A stretch of DNA of 42,364 bases from Kiritimatiellia bacterium. GTDB lineage: Bacteria; Verrucomicrobiota; Kiritimatiellia; RFP12; DVOR01. Of this stretch, positions 31,782 to 40,540 are shown in pieces. A model generated the notes under the pieces. The model was not told the origin of the DNA. It did not search any database and saw only the letters and a list, made by a program, of their open reading frames with translations. The stretch spans positions 1 to 42,364 of the forward strand of contig JBJFGP010000174.1 of assembly GCA_051892815.1 (NCBI GenBank). The letters are read 5' to 3'. The position numbers were made by a program, and so were the translations under genes. Position 1 is the stretch's first letter; every line of letters starts with the position of its first letter.

Positions 31782-32459
31782 ATGAAGCAAAAGGCAGAAA
31801 TAGTCGGAGAGGCAGGCGAAGACGCCCGCACGCGAGGCATCCTCAGGGGAACCGCCCCGCTCGTGGCGTTGGCCGCCGCCATCGGCTTGCTGGCAGGGCT
31901 CGCCGCCCCGAGAGAGCTGATTCCCGAAGCCGCCGTCTGGATTCTGCTGGCAGCCATCGTGGGCGGCGCCGTCGCCTACGCAACCACCCTCCGGAAGAGC
32001 CTCACGGCCTACTTCACCGGCGCACGGGGCGAACGAATGACCGCCCGCCTGCTCGAAAAACTCCCCCAAGGCTGGGTCGTCTTCCACGAAGTCGAACGCT
32101 ATGGAGCCGACCACATCGCAATCGGCCCGGGCGGCATCTTCTGCATTGAGACCAAGTGCTGGCAAGGCCAGGTAGCCGACCACGACGGTACCCTCCTCGT
32201 CGACGGCAGACGCCCGAGCCGAGACCCCCTCGAACAAGTCCGCCGCACCGCCCGCGTCATACGCCAAGACCTCCTCGACGCCCACCTGCCCATCCCCGAA
32301 CTAGAGGTCGAACCCCTCGTCTGCTTCGTCACCGGAACCCTTCAGGGGAACCCGCCAAACTGCGTCAACGGCGACCGCCTCCTGCCCCGGCTCCTGAACG
32401 CCCCCGGCCGCCTGAACGCCACGCAAATCCAACTCCTCGCCGACCACTTCAAACAATGA
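31782..32459 (+). CDS. membrane-anchored NERD (nuclease-related) domain protein
   Basis: Two N-terminal TM helices, then GERMTARLLEKLPQGWVVFHEV...ADHIAIGPGGIFCIETKCWQG (D..ExK). The stop overlaps the prc start as ATGA. Confidence 0.75.
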   Translation: MKQKAEIVGEAGEDARTRGILRGTAPLVALAAAIGLLAGLAAPRELIPEAAVWILLAAIVGGAVAYATTLRKSLTAYFTGARGERMTARLLEKLPQGWVVFHEVERYGADHIAIGPGGIFCIETKCWQGQVADHDGTLLVDGRRPSRDPLEQVRRTARVIRQDLLDAHLPIPELEVEPLVCFVTGTLQGNPPNCVNGDRLLPRLLNAPGRLNATQIQLLADHFKQ

Positions 32460-34630
32460 AAACAAGACGCCGACTCCTCCCAGCCATCCTTATCGCCGCG
32501 CTCGCCACATGGGCCCTCGCCAGCGCCCGCAGTGCCGCCCCAAATGTCCCCAAAACCGGCGACCAGCAGCCCAAACCCGAGTACCGCGCCATCGCCCGGA
32601 TGCTCGCCAAAAAACTCCCCCGAACCCACCTCCGCCAGAAACCCTTTGACACCGAAGTCGCCTACGGAGCCTGGACAAACGCCATCACCGCCTACGACCC
32701 GGACCACACCTACTTTACCCGCCGCGAACTCGACGAACTTGCCCCCAAAGCCCCCCATCTCTGCAAAGAATTCGCCTCCGGCAACGTATCCTTCGGCTTC
32801 GAACTCCACCAGCGATTCCTCAAAAACCTGCGCCTCCGCCTCGACTTCGCCAAGCAACAACTCGAACAGGGGTTCGACTGCTCCAAGCCCGAAACCTTCG
32901 TCTGGGACCGCAAAAATGCACCGTGGCCCGAGAACGACGCCCAACGCCGCGAACTCTGGCGATTGACCCTTAAAAACGCCTACCTCGCCCACCTCCTCGC
33001 CAAGGAACTCGACGCCACCAACGCCACCCAAAAAGCACAAGCACCGGCAGCCACCAATGCCGTTCCCATCCTCACACCGGAACAACATGTCCTCAAACGC
33101 TATAGCCAGCTCCTGACCGTCTTCGAGGATATGGACTCCGAGACCATCTTCCAGCGATACGCCTCCGCCTTCTGCTCCGTCTACGACCCGCACACCGACT
33201 ACCTCTCTCCCATGCGGGAGGAAGACTTCGAGATGGACATGAACCTCAAACTCGTCGGCATCGGCGCAACCCTCCGCTCCGAAGACGGCGTGGCGCGTAT
33301 CGAAAACATTGTTCCCGGCGGTCCCGCCAGCCGCGATACCCGCGACATCCGGCTCGTCCCGGGTGACAAGATTATCGCGGTAGCCCAGGACAACGAGCCG
33401 CCCGTAGACATCATCCACATGGCTCTCGACCGCGCCGTGCGTAAGATACGCGGCAAAAAGGGTACCCGCGTCGTACTCACCGTCATTCCCGCTTCAGACC
33501 CATCCGGCTCAACCACCAAAACCGTCGACCTCATTCGCGACGAGGTCAACCTCGAAGATGCGGCTGTCACCGGGCGGGTGTGCACGGTTTCCCTCCCCGG
33601 CGGCGCAGTCCGCAAGCTCGGCTATATCAAGGTTCCGTCCTTCTACGGCACTGGCAACCGATTCAAGCCGGGGGAACCGGATTTCCGCTCCTGCTCCTAC
33701 GATACGCGCAAGTGGATTGCCAAGCTCAACTCCGAGAATGTCCAGGGAATGGTTCTCGATCTGCGCAGCAATGGCGGCGGACTGCTGCCTGAGGCGATTA
33801 TGATGACGAGCCTGTTTATCGCCCAGGGGCCTGCGGTGCAGGTGCGGGATTGTGCGCGTAGCGTGGCGCTGGCGATGCCGGAATATTCGGTCGCCTGCCG
33901 GACGCCTCTTGTGGTGCTGATCAACCGTTTCTCGGCGTCTGCCTCGGAGATTGTCGCGGGGGCGCTCCAGGACTACGGTCGGGCGGTGATTGTGGGTGAC
34001 ACGCAGTCGCACGGAAAGGGTACGGTTCAGACGATTCTCGACTTGGGCGGGGAGCAGTATGGCTCTTTGAAGGTGACGACGGCTTCGTTCTACCGCGTCA
34101 ATGGGGCTTCTACGCAGGTGCGCGGGGTGCACTCGGATATTGTGGTGCCGTCTTTCGCCGACGGGCTCAAGGACATTGGCGAGGATTCGCTGCCGCACGC
34201 GTTGGCCTGGACGTGCATCGCGCCGGCGGATTATACGCCGGTGAGCGATTTGTCGGGGCAGATTCCGGGGTTGAAGCGGAAGGCGGCGGAGCGTTTGGCG
34301 AAGGACGGGCGGTACCAGTCTTATGTGCGGCTGCTGAACAGGCTGGAGGTCTTCAACAATACGCGGAGTGTCTCGCTGGAGCGCAAGGCGAGGCTGGAGC
34401 AGATGCGCACGGAGCGGGCGGCGCGGAAGGAGCTGGACTTGTCGCTCGGTGGCGACGAGGCGGGGGATGAGGCGGCTTCCGGGGATGGCAAGAAGGGGGA
34501 GAAGCCGGACATTGTGCTGGACGCGGCGCTGGACATTTTGTCGGATCTGGTGGAGCAGGTCGGGCCGCAGGTTCCGGTCAATACGGAGCCTGATTTGCGG
34601 GCGCGGCTGCTCCGCATTTTCACTCCTTGA
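32456..34630 (+). CDS. prc: tail-specific (C-terminal processing) protease, S41 family
   Basis: Start at ATG 32456 (MKTRRRLLPAILIAALATWALA signal peptide). PDZ region, then DLRSNGGG, SASASEIVAGALQDYGRAVIVGD and HGKGTVQ. Confidence 0.9.
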   Translation: MKTRRRLLPAILIAALATWALASARSAAPNVPKTGDQQPKPEYRAIARMLAKKLPRTHLRQKPFDTEVAYGAWTNAITAYDPDHTYFTRRELDELAPKAPHLCKEFASGNVSFGFELHQRFLKNLRLRLDFAKQQLEQGFDCSKPETFVWDRKNAPWPENDAQRRELWRLTLKNAYLAHLLAKELDATNATQKAQAPAATNAVPILTPEQHVLKRYSQLLTVFEDMDSETIFQRYASAFCSVYDPHTDYLSPMREEDFEMDMNLKLVGIGATLRSEDGVARIENIVPGGPASRDTRDIRLVPGDKIIAVAQDNEPPVDIIHMALDRAVRKIRGKKGTRVVLTVIPASDPSGSTTKTVDLIRDEVNLEDAAVTGRVCTVSLPGGAVRKLGYIKVPSFYGTGNRFKPGEPDFRSCSYDTRKWIAKLNSENVQGMVLDLRSNGGGLLPEAIMMTSLFIAQGPAVQVRDCARSVALAMPEYSVACRTPLVVLINRFSASASEIVAGALQDYGRAVIVGDTQSHGKGTVQTILDLGGEQYGSLKVTTASFYRVNGASTQVRGVHSDIVVPSFADGLKDIGEDSLPHALAWTCIAPADYTPVSDLSGQIPGLKRKAAERLAKDGRYQSYVRLLNRLEVFNNTRSVSLERKARLEQMRTERAARKELDLSLGGDEAGDEAASGDGKKGEKPDIVLDAALDILSDLVEQVGPQVPVNTEPDLRARLLRIFTP

Positions 34631-34646
34631 GGAGGGAGGATAGAGG

Positions 34647-35495
34647 ATGAGGCTGCACTTTCTGAAGATGCACGGGGCGGCGAACGATTTTGTGATGATC
34701 GATGACCGCGAGGGGAAGGTTCCGTGGCAGGATCATTTCCTGATGGCGGCGTTGGCGTGCCGCCGGACGGGTGTCGGCTGCGAGGGGATTATCTTGATTC
34801 AGAAGTCGGACCGTGCCGACTTCCGGATGCGGTTTCTCAATCCCGACGGGACGGAGGTCGGAATGTGCGGAAACGGGTCGCGTTGTGCGGCGGCGTTTGC
34901 GCACCGGCTGGGGGTGGTTTCGGGGCGTTCGATGACGATGGAGACGGCGTCGGGGCTGTTGGACGCGGAGATTGGGGAGGACGGGGCGGTGCGGGTCTGG
35001 ATGCCGGAACCGGACAAGCGGAAGTGGCAGATTCGGGTGCCGTTGGCGGACGGGACGTTCATCGAGGGGGACTTTGTGGACACGGGGGTTCCGCACTTTG
35101 TGGTGGAGGTTCCGGAGGTTGCGAAGGTGGATGTGGTGGGGCTCGGGCGGCAGTTGCGGTTGCATCCGGTTTTCGCGCCGGAGGGGACGAATGTGGATTT
35201 TATGACGCTTCGTCCGGGGAACCGTCTGGCGATGCGAACCTACGAACGGGGGGTCGAGAACGAGTCGGGGGCGTGCGGCACGGGGGCGGTGGCGTGCGCC
35301 ATTGTGGCGGTCGAGCGCAAGTGCTGCACGCTGCCGGTCCAAATCCGCACGCCGTCGGGCTTCGAACTTCAGGTCGACGGCCAGTGGTGGGACGGCAAGT
35401 GCTCGGCGCTCACGCTCACAGGGCCCTCGAAGGTGGTCTACGAGGGGGACATCGAACTCGACACGCTGACCCTCGAAAATGAGATGATGGAGTGA
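34647..35495 (+). CDS. dapF: diaminopimelate epimerase
   Basis: FLKMHGAANDFVMID, plus GMCGNGSRC and ESGACGTGAVA carrying the two catalytic Cys residues. Confidence 0.95.
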   Translation: MRLHFLKMHGAANDFVMIDDREGKVPWQDHFLMAALACRRTGVGCEGIILIQKSDRADFRMRFLNPDGTEVGMCGNGSRCAAAFAHRLGVVSGRSMTMETASGLLDAEIGEDGAVRVWMPEPDKRKWQIRVPLADGTFIEGDFVDTGVPHFVVEVPEVAKVDVVGLGRQLRLHPVFAPEGTNVDFMTLRPGNRLAMRTYERGVENESGACGTGAVACAIVAVERKCCTLPVQIRTPSGFELQVDGQWWDGKCSALTLTGPSKVVYEGDIELDTLTLENEMME

Positions 35496-36418
35496 AGCGG
35501 CCGGTCGTCGGTCGCCTCGCCCCGTCGCCGACAGGCGCGCTCCATCTCGGCAATGCCCGGACTTTTCTGCTGGCTTGGCTCTCGGCGCGGGCGCAAGGCG
35601 GGCGGGTCCTGCTGCGGATTGAGGATCTCGACCATCCGCACAACCAGCCGGGGGCGGAGGTAGGCATCTTCGAGGATCTCAGGTGGCTAGGACTCGACTG
35701 GGATGGTACGCACCTGGTGCAGTCGAAGAGGCGTACCTTTTACCGCGAGACATTGGCACGACTTCCCGCCTATCCCTGCATCTGCCGCCGCAGCGAGATT
35801 GAAGCCGCCCAGTCCGCCCCCCACGCCGGCGAAGTCCTCCGCTATTCCGGCCGCTGCCGCGGTCGCTTCCCCGACTACCCCTCCGCCGCCGCGCAGACCT
35901 CAGGCGTCCCCCTGTGGCGCTACCGCCTCGAACCGGGCGAAGGACGCTTCCTCTGGCACGACCGCTTCGCCGGCCCCCAGTCGGCAGACCTCGATGCCCT
36001 CACGGGCGACTTTCCCCTGGCCAGAGACCCCGACGGCGCAGGCTACACCCTGGCGGTCGTGACCGACGACCACGCCCAAGGCGTCACCGAAGTCGTGCGC
36101 GGCGACGACCTCCTCTCCGTCACACCTTGCCAACTGCTCCTCTACCGCCGCCTCAACTGGCCCGAACCCGACTTCTGCCATGTCCCCCTGATAGTCGGCC
36201 CCGACGGACGCCGCTTGGCCAAGCGCCACGGCGATACCCGCATCAGCGCCTTCCGAACGGCCGGAATCCCCCCGCAGAAACTCGTCGCCTGGCTCGCTGC
36301 CTCCGCAGGACTTCCCCCGCTGCCAACCCCGCAAAGCCTCCTGACCCACTTCACCTGGGACCGCATCCGACGCCAGCCAACCGTCTGGACCGGAACCCTC
36401 GACCTCCCCCCAAGATAG
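35492..36418 (+). CDS. gluQ: tRNA glutamyl-Q(34) synthetase (GluQRS/YadB)
   Basis: GRLAPSPTGALHLGNARTF, RIEDLD and LAKRHG. About 308 aa, with no anticodon-binding domain. The GTG start overlaps the dapF stop (GTGA). Confidence 0.85.
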   Translation: MKRPVVGRLAPSPTGALHLGNARTFLLAWLSARAQGGRVLLRIEDLDHPHNQPGAEVGIFEDLRWLGLDWDGTHLVQSKRRTFYRETLARLPAYPCICRRSEIEAAQSAPHAGEVLRYSGRCRGRFPDYPSAAAQTSGVPLWRYRLEPGEGRFLWHDRFAGPQSADLDALTGDFPLARDPDGAGYTLAVVTDDHAQGVTEVVRGDDLLSVTPCQLLLYRRLNWPEPDFCHVPLIVGPDGRRLAKRHGDTRISAFRTAGIPPQKLVAWLAASAGLPPLPTPQSLLTHFTWDRIRRQPTVWTGTLDLPPR

Positions 36419-36422
36419 CCGC

Positions 36423-37328
36423 CTACCGCCCCGAACGAGGCGAATCGCTCACCACGATTTTGCGCACCGCATCCCCGTCCGACGTGTCATACACGCAGAA
36501 CCGGATGTCCGGAAACGCACGGGACAACTCTTGCTCGATATACGCCTCAACCGCGGCCACATTCGACGCATCATCGTCCGAAAACCCGATGCTGATAGAG
36601 CGCTTCAAAGCCGACGCCCCCGTGCGTTCGAGTATGTGCACGATATGCAGCACAAACTCCCGGATCGCAAACCGCTTCGACTCCTCCGCACTGCCCCCCA
36701 AAGCACCCCCGAAACGGGCACGGAACTCCGGCGACTTCACCGCTTGACAGGGACAGAGAGATAGGTACCTCTCCAACTCCTCCTCGTCCGACCCGTACTC
36801 GTCGAGATGGTCGAAACAGTGCCGGTATCCCCTCAAGCTCGCCATCATCCGGCTACGCTCCTCCGGCGTCAAAACCCGCTCGACAAACAGCCTCACCCCT
36901 TGCCGAATCGTCTCCGAACTGTGCCCGCGCGCCGTCACAATCGCAAACAGCCGCCCCTCTATCAGCATATCGCGAAAGACCCTGAAACTCGGCGGAGGAG
37001 CCACCCGGCCCGAAAGTATCTGCTCCAGCGCCTGAGCCGTATCTTTCAGGAAAGTCGTGCCACCGTCCTGGGGGTCGTCGAGGAAATCCCTGAAGGCGAT
37101 TGACCAGTTCCCCTGGGGCGGGCGGTAGTTGCGCGTGTCCTTGCGGATTACACTGAAAAGGGAGGTGGAGACATCTTGCGGGACCCACAATCCCTGCGGC
37201 GTGCGGCGCTCCATGTGTATCGCCGTGGGCATCTTGAGGATATTGTCGTCCCAGTCGAAGATGTAGTATTTGAAGTCCCTCTCGTAAACGGAGGTATCGA
37301 CTGGGACGGTGGGTTTCGCTTTGGGCAT
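36423..37328 (-). CDS. HAD-superfamily-like hydrolase, function unknown
   Basis: ATG 37328 with a GGAGG Shine-Dalgarno 7 nt upstream. YIFDWDDNIL resembles motif I, AIVTARG motif II, and IGFSDDD motif IV. Confidence 0.6.
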   Translation of the reverse strand: MPKAKPTVPVDTSVYERDFKYYIFDWDDNILKMPTAIHMERRTPQGLWVPQDVSTSLFSVIRKDTRNYRPPQGNWSIAFRDFLDDPQDGGTTFLKDTAQALEQILSGRVAPPPSFRVFRDMLIEGRLFAIVTARGHSSETIRQGVRLFVERVLTPEERSRMMASLRGYRHCFDHLDEYGSDEEELERYLSLCPCQAVKSPEFRARFGGALGGSAEESKRFAIREFVLHIVHILERTGASALKRSISIGFSDDDASNVAAVEAYIEQELSRAFPDIRFCVYDTSDGDAVRKIVVSDSPRSGR

Positions 37329-37375
37329 GGGGAAGCCTCCGCGCGGGGGGATTCCCGGGCGCGGGGCGGATTGGG

Positions 37376-38392
37376 TCAAACCAAGGTTTCGCAGATGGAG
37401 ATGGATATGGTGTTGTAAATATCCTCTGCGCTGCAGCCTCTGGAGAGGTCGTTGATGGGCTTGGCGACGCCTTGCACGACGGGCCCGACTGCTTCGGCTC
37501 CGGCGAGGCGCTGGACTAGTTTGTAGGCGATGTTTCCTGCCTGGAGATCGGGGAAGATGAGTACATTGGCGTTGCCCTGGACCTTGCCGTCTTTGTTCTT
37601 GGCGGCGGCCACGGAGGGGACGAGTGCGGCGTCAGCCTGCATCTCGCCGTCTACGATGGCGTCGAGACCGTTCTGGGCAAACTTTTGTTCGGCGAGTTCG
37701 CGCGCCTGGCGGACTTTGTCTACCAGCTCGTGCTTGGCGCTGCCCTTGGTGGAGAAGCTGAGGAAGGCCACTTTCGGCTGTTTGCCGACCAAGGCTTTGT
37801 AGGAGAGTGCTGTGGCGTAGCCGATGTCGGCGAGTTGTTCGGCGGTGGGGTTGGGGTTGACGGCGCAGTCGCCGAAGAGCAGGACTTCATCGCCGGCGGG
37901 GGTGGGCTGCTTGAGTTGCATGACGAAGCAGGAGGAGGCGGTGGCGATGCCTTTGCGGGTGCCGACGCACTGGAACGCGGCGCGGAGCATATCGCCGGTT
38001 GAGGCGATGGAGCCGGCAACGAGGGCGTCGACCTTGCCGAGGGAGAGCATCATGGCACCGAAGTAGATGCGTTTGGCGCGCATGGTCTTGAGGGCTTCGT
38101 CGGGGGTCATGCCTTTGGCCTTGCGGCGTTCGTAGAAGGCGGCGGCGAGTTCGTCGGCAATGGGGTCGAGGGTGTAGTCGATGGTGCGGATGCCGTTCTC
38201 GGCGAGGGAGAGGCCGGCTTGCTGTTCGGCGGCGGCGATTTCGGCGGGCGTGCCGAGGACGACGACTTTGGCCAGTCCGTCCTTGGTGGCTTTGACGGCG
38301 GCGGTGATGACGCGGGGATCCTGTCCTTCGGGGAGGACGACGGTTTTGCCGGCGGCTTTGGCGCGGGCGGCGAGCTGTTCAAGCAGATTCAC
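37376..38392 (-). CDS. pta: phosphate acetyltransferase (short form)
   Basis: 338 aa: KTVVLPEGQDPRVI, ALVAGSIASTGDMLRAA, FGDCAVNPNPTAEQLADI and NVLIFPDLQAGNIAYKL. Confidence 0.9.
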   Translation of the reverse strand: MNLLEQLAARAKAAGKTVVLPEGQDPRVITAAVKATKDGLAKVVVLGTPAEIAAAEQQAGLSLAENGIRTIDYTLDPIADELAAAFYERRKAKGMTPDEALKTMRAKRIYFGAMMLSLGKVDALVAGSIASTGDMLRAAFQCVGTRKGIATASSCFVMQLKQPTPAGDEVLLFGDCAVNPNPTAEQLADIGYATALSYKALVGKQPKVAFLSFSTKGSAKHELVDKVRQARELAEQKFAQNGLDAIVDGEMQADAALVPSVAAAKNKDGKVQGNANVLIFPDLQAGNIAYKLVQRLAGAEAVGPVVQGVAKPINDLSRGCSAEDIYNTISISICETLV

Positions 38393-38428
38393 TTGGGCGA
38401 TTCCTTTGCAATGGGTTCGTGGTTAAAT

Positions 38429-38457
38429 AGGATAACATTTTCCCCAAAAGGAATCAA
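38429..38457 (-). promoter_or_regulatory. pta promoter TTGATT (38457..38452) - 17 nt - TATCCT (38434..38429)
   Basis: Read directly on the minus strand. An AAGGAA Shine-Dalgarno precedes GTG 38392. Confidence 0.4.
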
Positions 38458-38472
38458 CCAAAATGGCCGATT

Positions 38473-38580
38473 GGTTGGCACCTTGAGGGGCGGGAGGTGG
38501 CTACCTTTCGGGGGCGGTGGTTGGTACCTTGGGGGCTAAAAGGTAGCAACCCTTCGCCGTCGGAGGTTGGTCCGGCGGGA
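38473..38580. repeat. tandem array, 5 units, 23-bp period
   Basis: ACCTT anchors at 38480, 38503 and 38526, then 38550 (24 nt), then a degenerate fifth unit. Cores are GGTTGGCACC, GGTGGCTACC, GGTTGGTACC and GGTAGCAACC. Confidence 0.85.
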
Positions 38581-38625
38581 AGGGTTGCGTGTGGAGAATG
38601 GAGACGGCTCCTCGGGCGCGGGGCG

Positions 38626-40299
38626 CTAGCGCAGGAAGATGAGGGTGGGGTTGGCGCTGCGCTTGCGATAGAGGACGACATGCTGGACGCCGTCGACGGT
38701 CTCAATACGCACGGCGGGCGAGTAGATGCCGTCGGGATCGGTGCCGTCGTCGGTATCGAAGAAACAGTTGGATACGTCAAAATCGGCGGCGGTAAGGGTA
38801 CGCACGGAGGTCGGTACCTTCATTAGCGTCCACCCTTTGGCCGAGAGCGGATTCGCCAAGGGAATGGCCACCGTGGCGGCGATCTTGACGGTTCCTTCGA
38901 GGGTGCAGGATTCGTCCAGCACGAAGCAATCGCTGACGCAGACCTCGTCCTTGATGTCGATTTCGCACTTGACGCCGCCGCCAACGAAGTGGGCGTTCTT
39001 GAGCGCAACCTCCTCCGTCCCGACCGCACTCGAAGAGGCCACCGGTCTAGGATGGACATAGTGGCCAATACCCGCTTGTGAATGGGCAATCGCCGTCGCA
39101 TTGCTGGAGACCCCCGGGTGTAGGTAGGCGCACAATTCAGGGTTGGCAGCGCAGGAGTGGGCGCCAGCGTAATACGAGTAGCAACCGGCATGGATCCAAC
39201 CGCCCTCCAGCTTCAGTTGGTGGGTGGGAATACGGGCGGCATCCAAGGCAATCGTGCCATTCTCCTCCGCCCGCAGAAGCGTACCTTCCGGAATCGCATA
39301 GGCATTCTCAATCTGCAGCAAGGTATTCGTTGAAGCCGTCAGACGGGGCGTACCCTCCGAGCACGAAAGCGCCCCAGAAACCAACACAAAGCCGTGTTCC
39401 AGCGGGCATGAATCCGTCTTATTCACAAAGACCACCTCGCCCTTGCTCTCCAGGTACCAGTTCTGCATCCGCTCGGGCTTGTGCGTACCATAAGAGCTGT
39501 TGCGATTCTCGAACCACATGCCCGCCTCGTCGACCACCCAGCCGTTCTTGGCGCAGTCGAGAACGATATGCCCGCCCGAGAGGGTGAACATGTAGAAGAA
39601 ACCAGCACCACCACACACCTCAATCGCATCTGCCCGAAGTCCGCTACGGCTCGAACCGAACGACGGGAAACCACTGGACAACACCCCGTCCGAGCCATCA
39701 TAGATGACCTTTCCCAGGTAGTTTCCGCCCGTAATGGTAATCGGGTTCCAGGTAGTTGAGCCCGTTTCACGGAGCACCTTGACTGCGCTGCTTTCCGGCC
39801 CGGACAAAGGCACCCCGACACCCCCAGTCACATTACCTGTCTTCAGCGCAACAATGCGAAAAGGGTTTGCTGCCGTGGATTCGACCAGGCCGGCATTCTG
39901 CAAAGCCGTGTTACATTCCACTAGCAATTCGCCGGAGTGGAGCACGAGTTCCGGGATGACTATTTTACCGTTCCATTTGCCGGACATTCGTAGCGCGCCT
40001 TCGGTCTCGTCGGTGCCGATGGTCAGCCGCTGGCCTGCGAAGGTTTGGGTTCCACGGTCGATACCCATAATCCAGAGGGCATTCTCGGACCCCGGGCCCA
40101 AGGCGACCAGGTAGTGGTTGGTGACGGCGGCACCCTCTTCGGGTGCGGACGGGGCTTCGCCATTGCTCCAGCTGCCCGCCGCCACGAAGGAGGAGTTGGC
40201 GTACGAGCCGTCGCCCTGCGTCAAGGTGACGGTATTGATCTCGGCCAACACCGAGAGGCTGCCCAGCAAAGCGACCGCGACAATAAAAATAAAACTCAT
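38626..40299 (-). CDS. secreted protein of unknown family (557 aa)
   Basis: Signal peptide MSFIFIVAVALLGSLSVLAEI. Beta-rich and Cys-containing. Ends ...ANPTLIFLR. AAGGGA Shine-Dalgarno. Confidence 0.8.
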   Translation of the reverse strand: MSFIFIVAVALLGSLSVLAEINTVTLTQGDGSYANSSFVAAGSWSNGEAPSAPEEGAAVTNHYLVALGPGSENALWIMGIDRGTQTFAGQRLTIGTDETEGALRMSGKWNGKIVIPELVLHSGELLVECNTALQNAGLVESTAANPFRIVALKTGNVTGGVGVPLSGPESSAVKVLRETGSTTWNPITITGGNYLGKVIYDGSDGVLSSGFPSFGSSRSGLRADAIEVCGGAGFFYMFTLSGGHIVLDCAKNGWVVDEAGMWFENRNSSYGTHKPERMQNWYLESKGEVVFVNKTDSCPLEHGFVLVSGALSCSEGTPRLTASTNTLLQIENAYAIPEGTLLRAEENGTIALDAARIPTHQLKLEGGWIHAGCYSYYAGAHSCAANPELCAYLHPGVSSNATAIAHSQAGIGHYVHPRPVASSSAVGTEEVALKNAHFVGGGVKCEIDIKDEVCVSDCFVLDESCTLEGTVKIAATVAIPLANPLSAKGWTLMKVPTSVRTLTAADFDVSNCFFDTDDGTDPDGIYSPAVRIETVDGVQHVVLYRKRSANPTLIFLR

Positions 40300-40330
40300 T
40301 CTGACATCCCTTATTGGTTTCGGATGGCTC

Positions 40331-40358
40331 TAGAATAACTGCCCCCCCCCCCTGTCAA
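40331..40358 (-). promoter_or_regulatory. promoter-like TTGACA (40358..40353) followed directly by G11 (40352..40342), then CAGTTATTCTAGAGC
   Basis: It shares the TTTTGCTTGACA-polyG architecture seen at 3508..3545. Candidate -10 hexamers are TATTCT (15-nt spacer) and TAGAGC (20-nt spacer). Confidence 0.45.
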
Positions 40359-40417
40359 GCAAAATCGTCATTTCTCGTCAATTATTTTTCTCGGCTGGTA
40401 GACAGGAATTGGTCGCA

Positions 40418-40488
40418 GGGGTATCAACCTTTCGGGGGCGAAGGTCGTTATCAATGGGTGTGGGAGGTAGGAACCTTTTTTGCGGCGC
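40418..40488. repeat. array of the 23-bp family, 3 units (middle one degenerate)
   Basis: ACCTT anchors at 40427 and 40473 (46 = 2 x 23). Cores are GGTATCAACC and GGTAGGAACC. Confidence 0.7.
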
Positions 40489-40498
40489 AGACGCAGGC

Positions 40499-40527
40499 TT
40501 GCCACAAGGCGGGATTCTTGGTATACT
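40499..40527 (+). promoter_or_regulatory. promoter TTGCCA (40499..40504) - 17 nt - TATACT (40522..40527) with TG extension
   Basis: Read directly, 13 nt upstream of ATG 40541, so the leader would be very short. Confidence 0.5.
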
Positions 40528-40540
40528 CCCCAGCGTCGAG

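Noticed and set aside
32342-33418. Minus-strand ORF of 358 aa opposite prc, and ORF 41178..42230 (-) opposite the AP-family gene
   Set aside because: Antisense shadows with Gly/Val/Glu-rich low-complexity translations and no start-site support.
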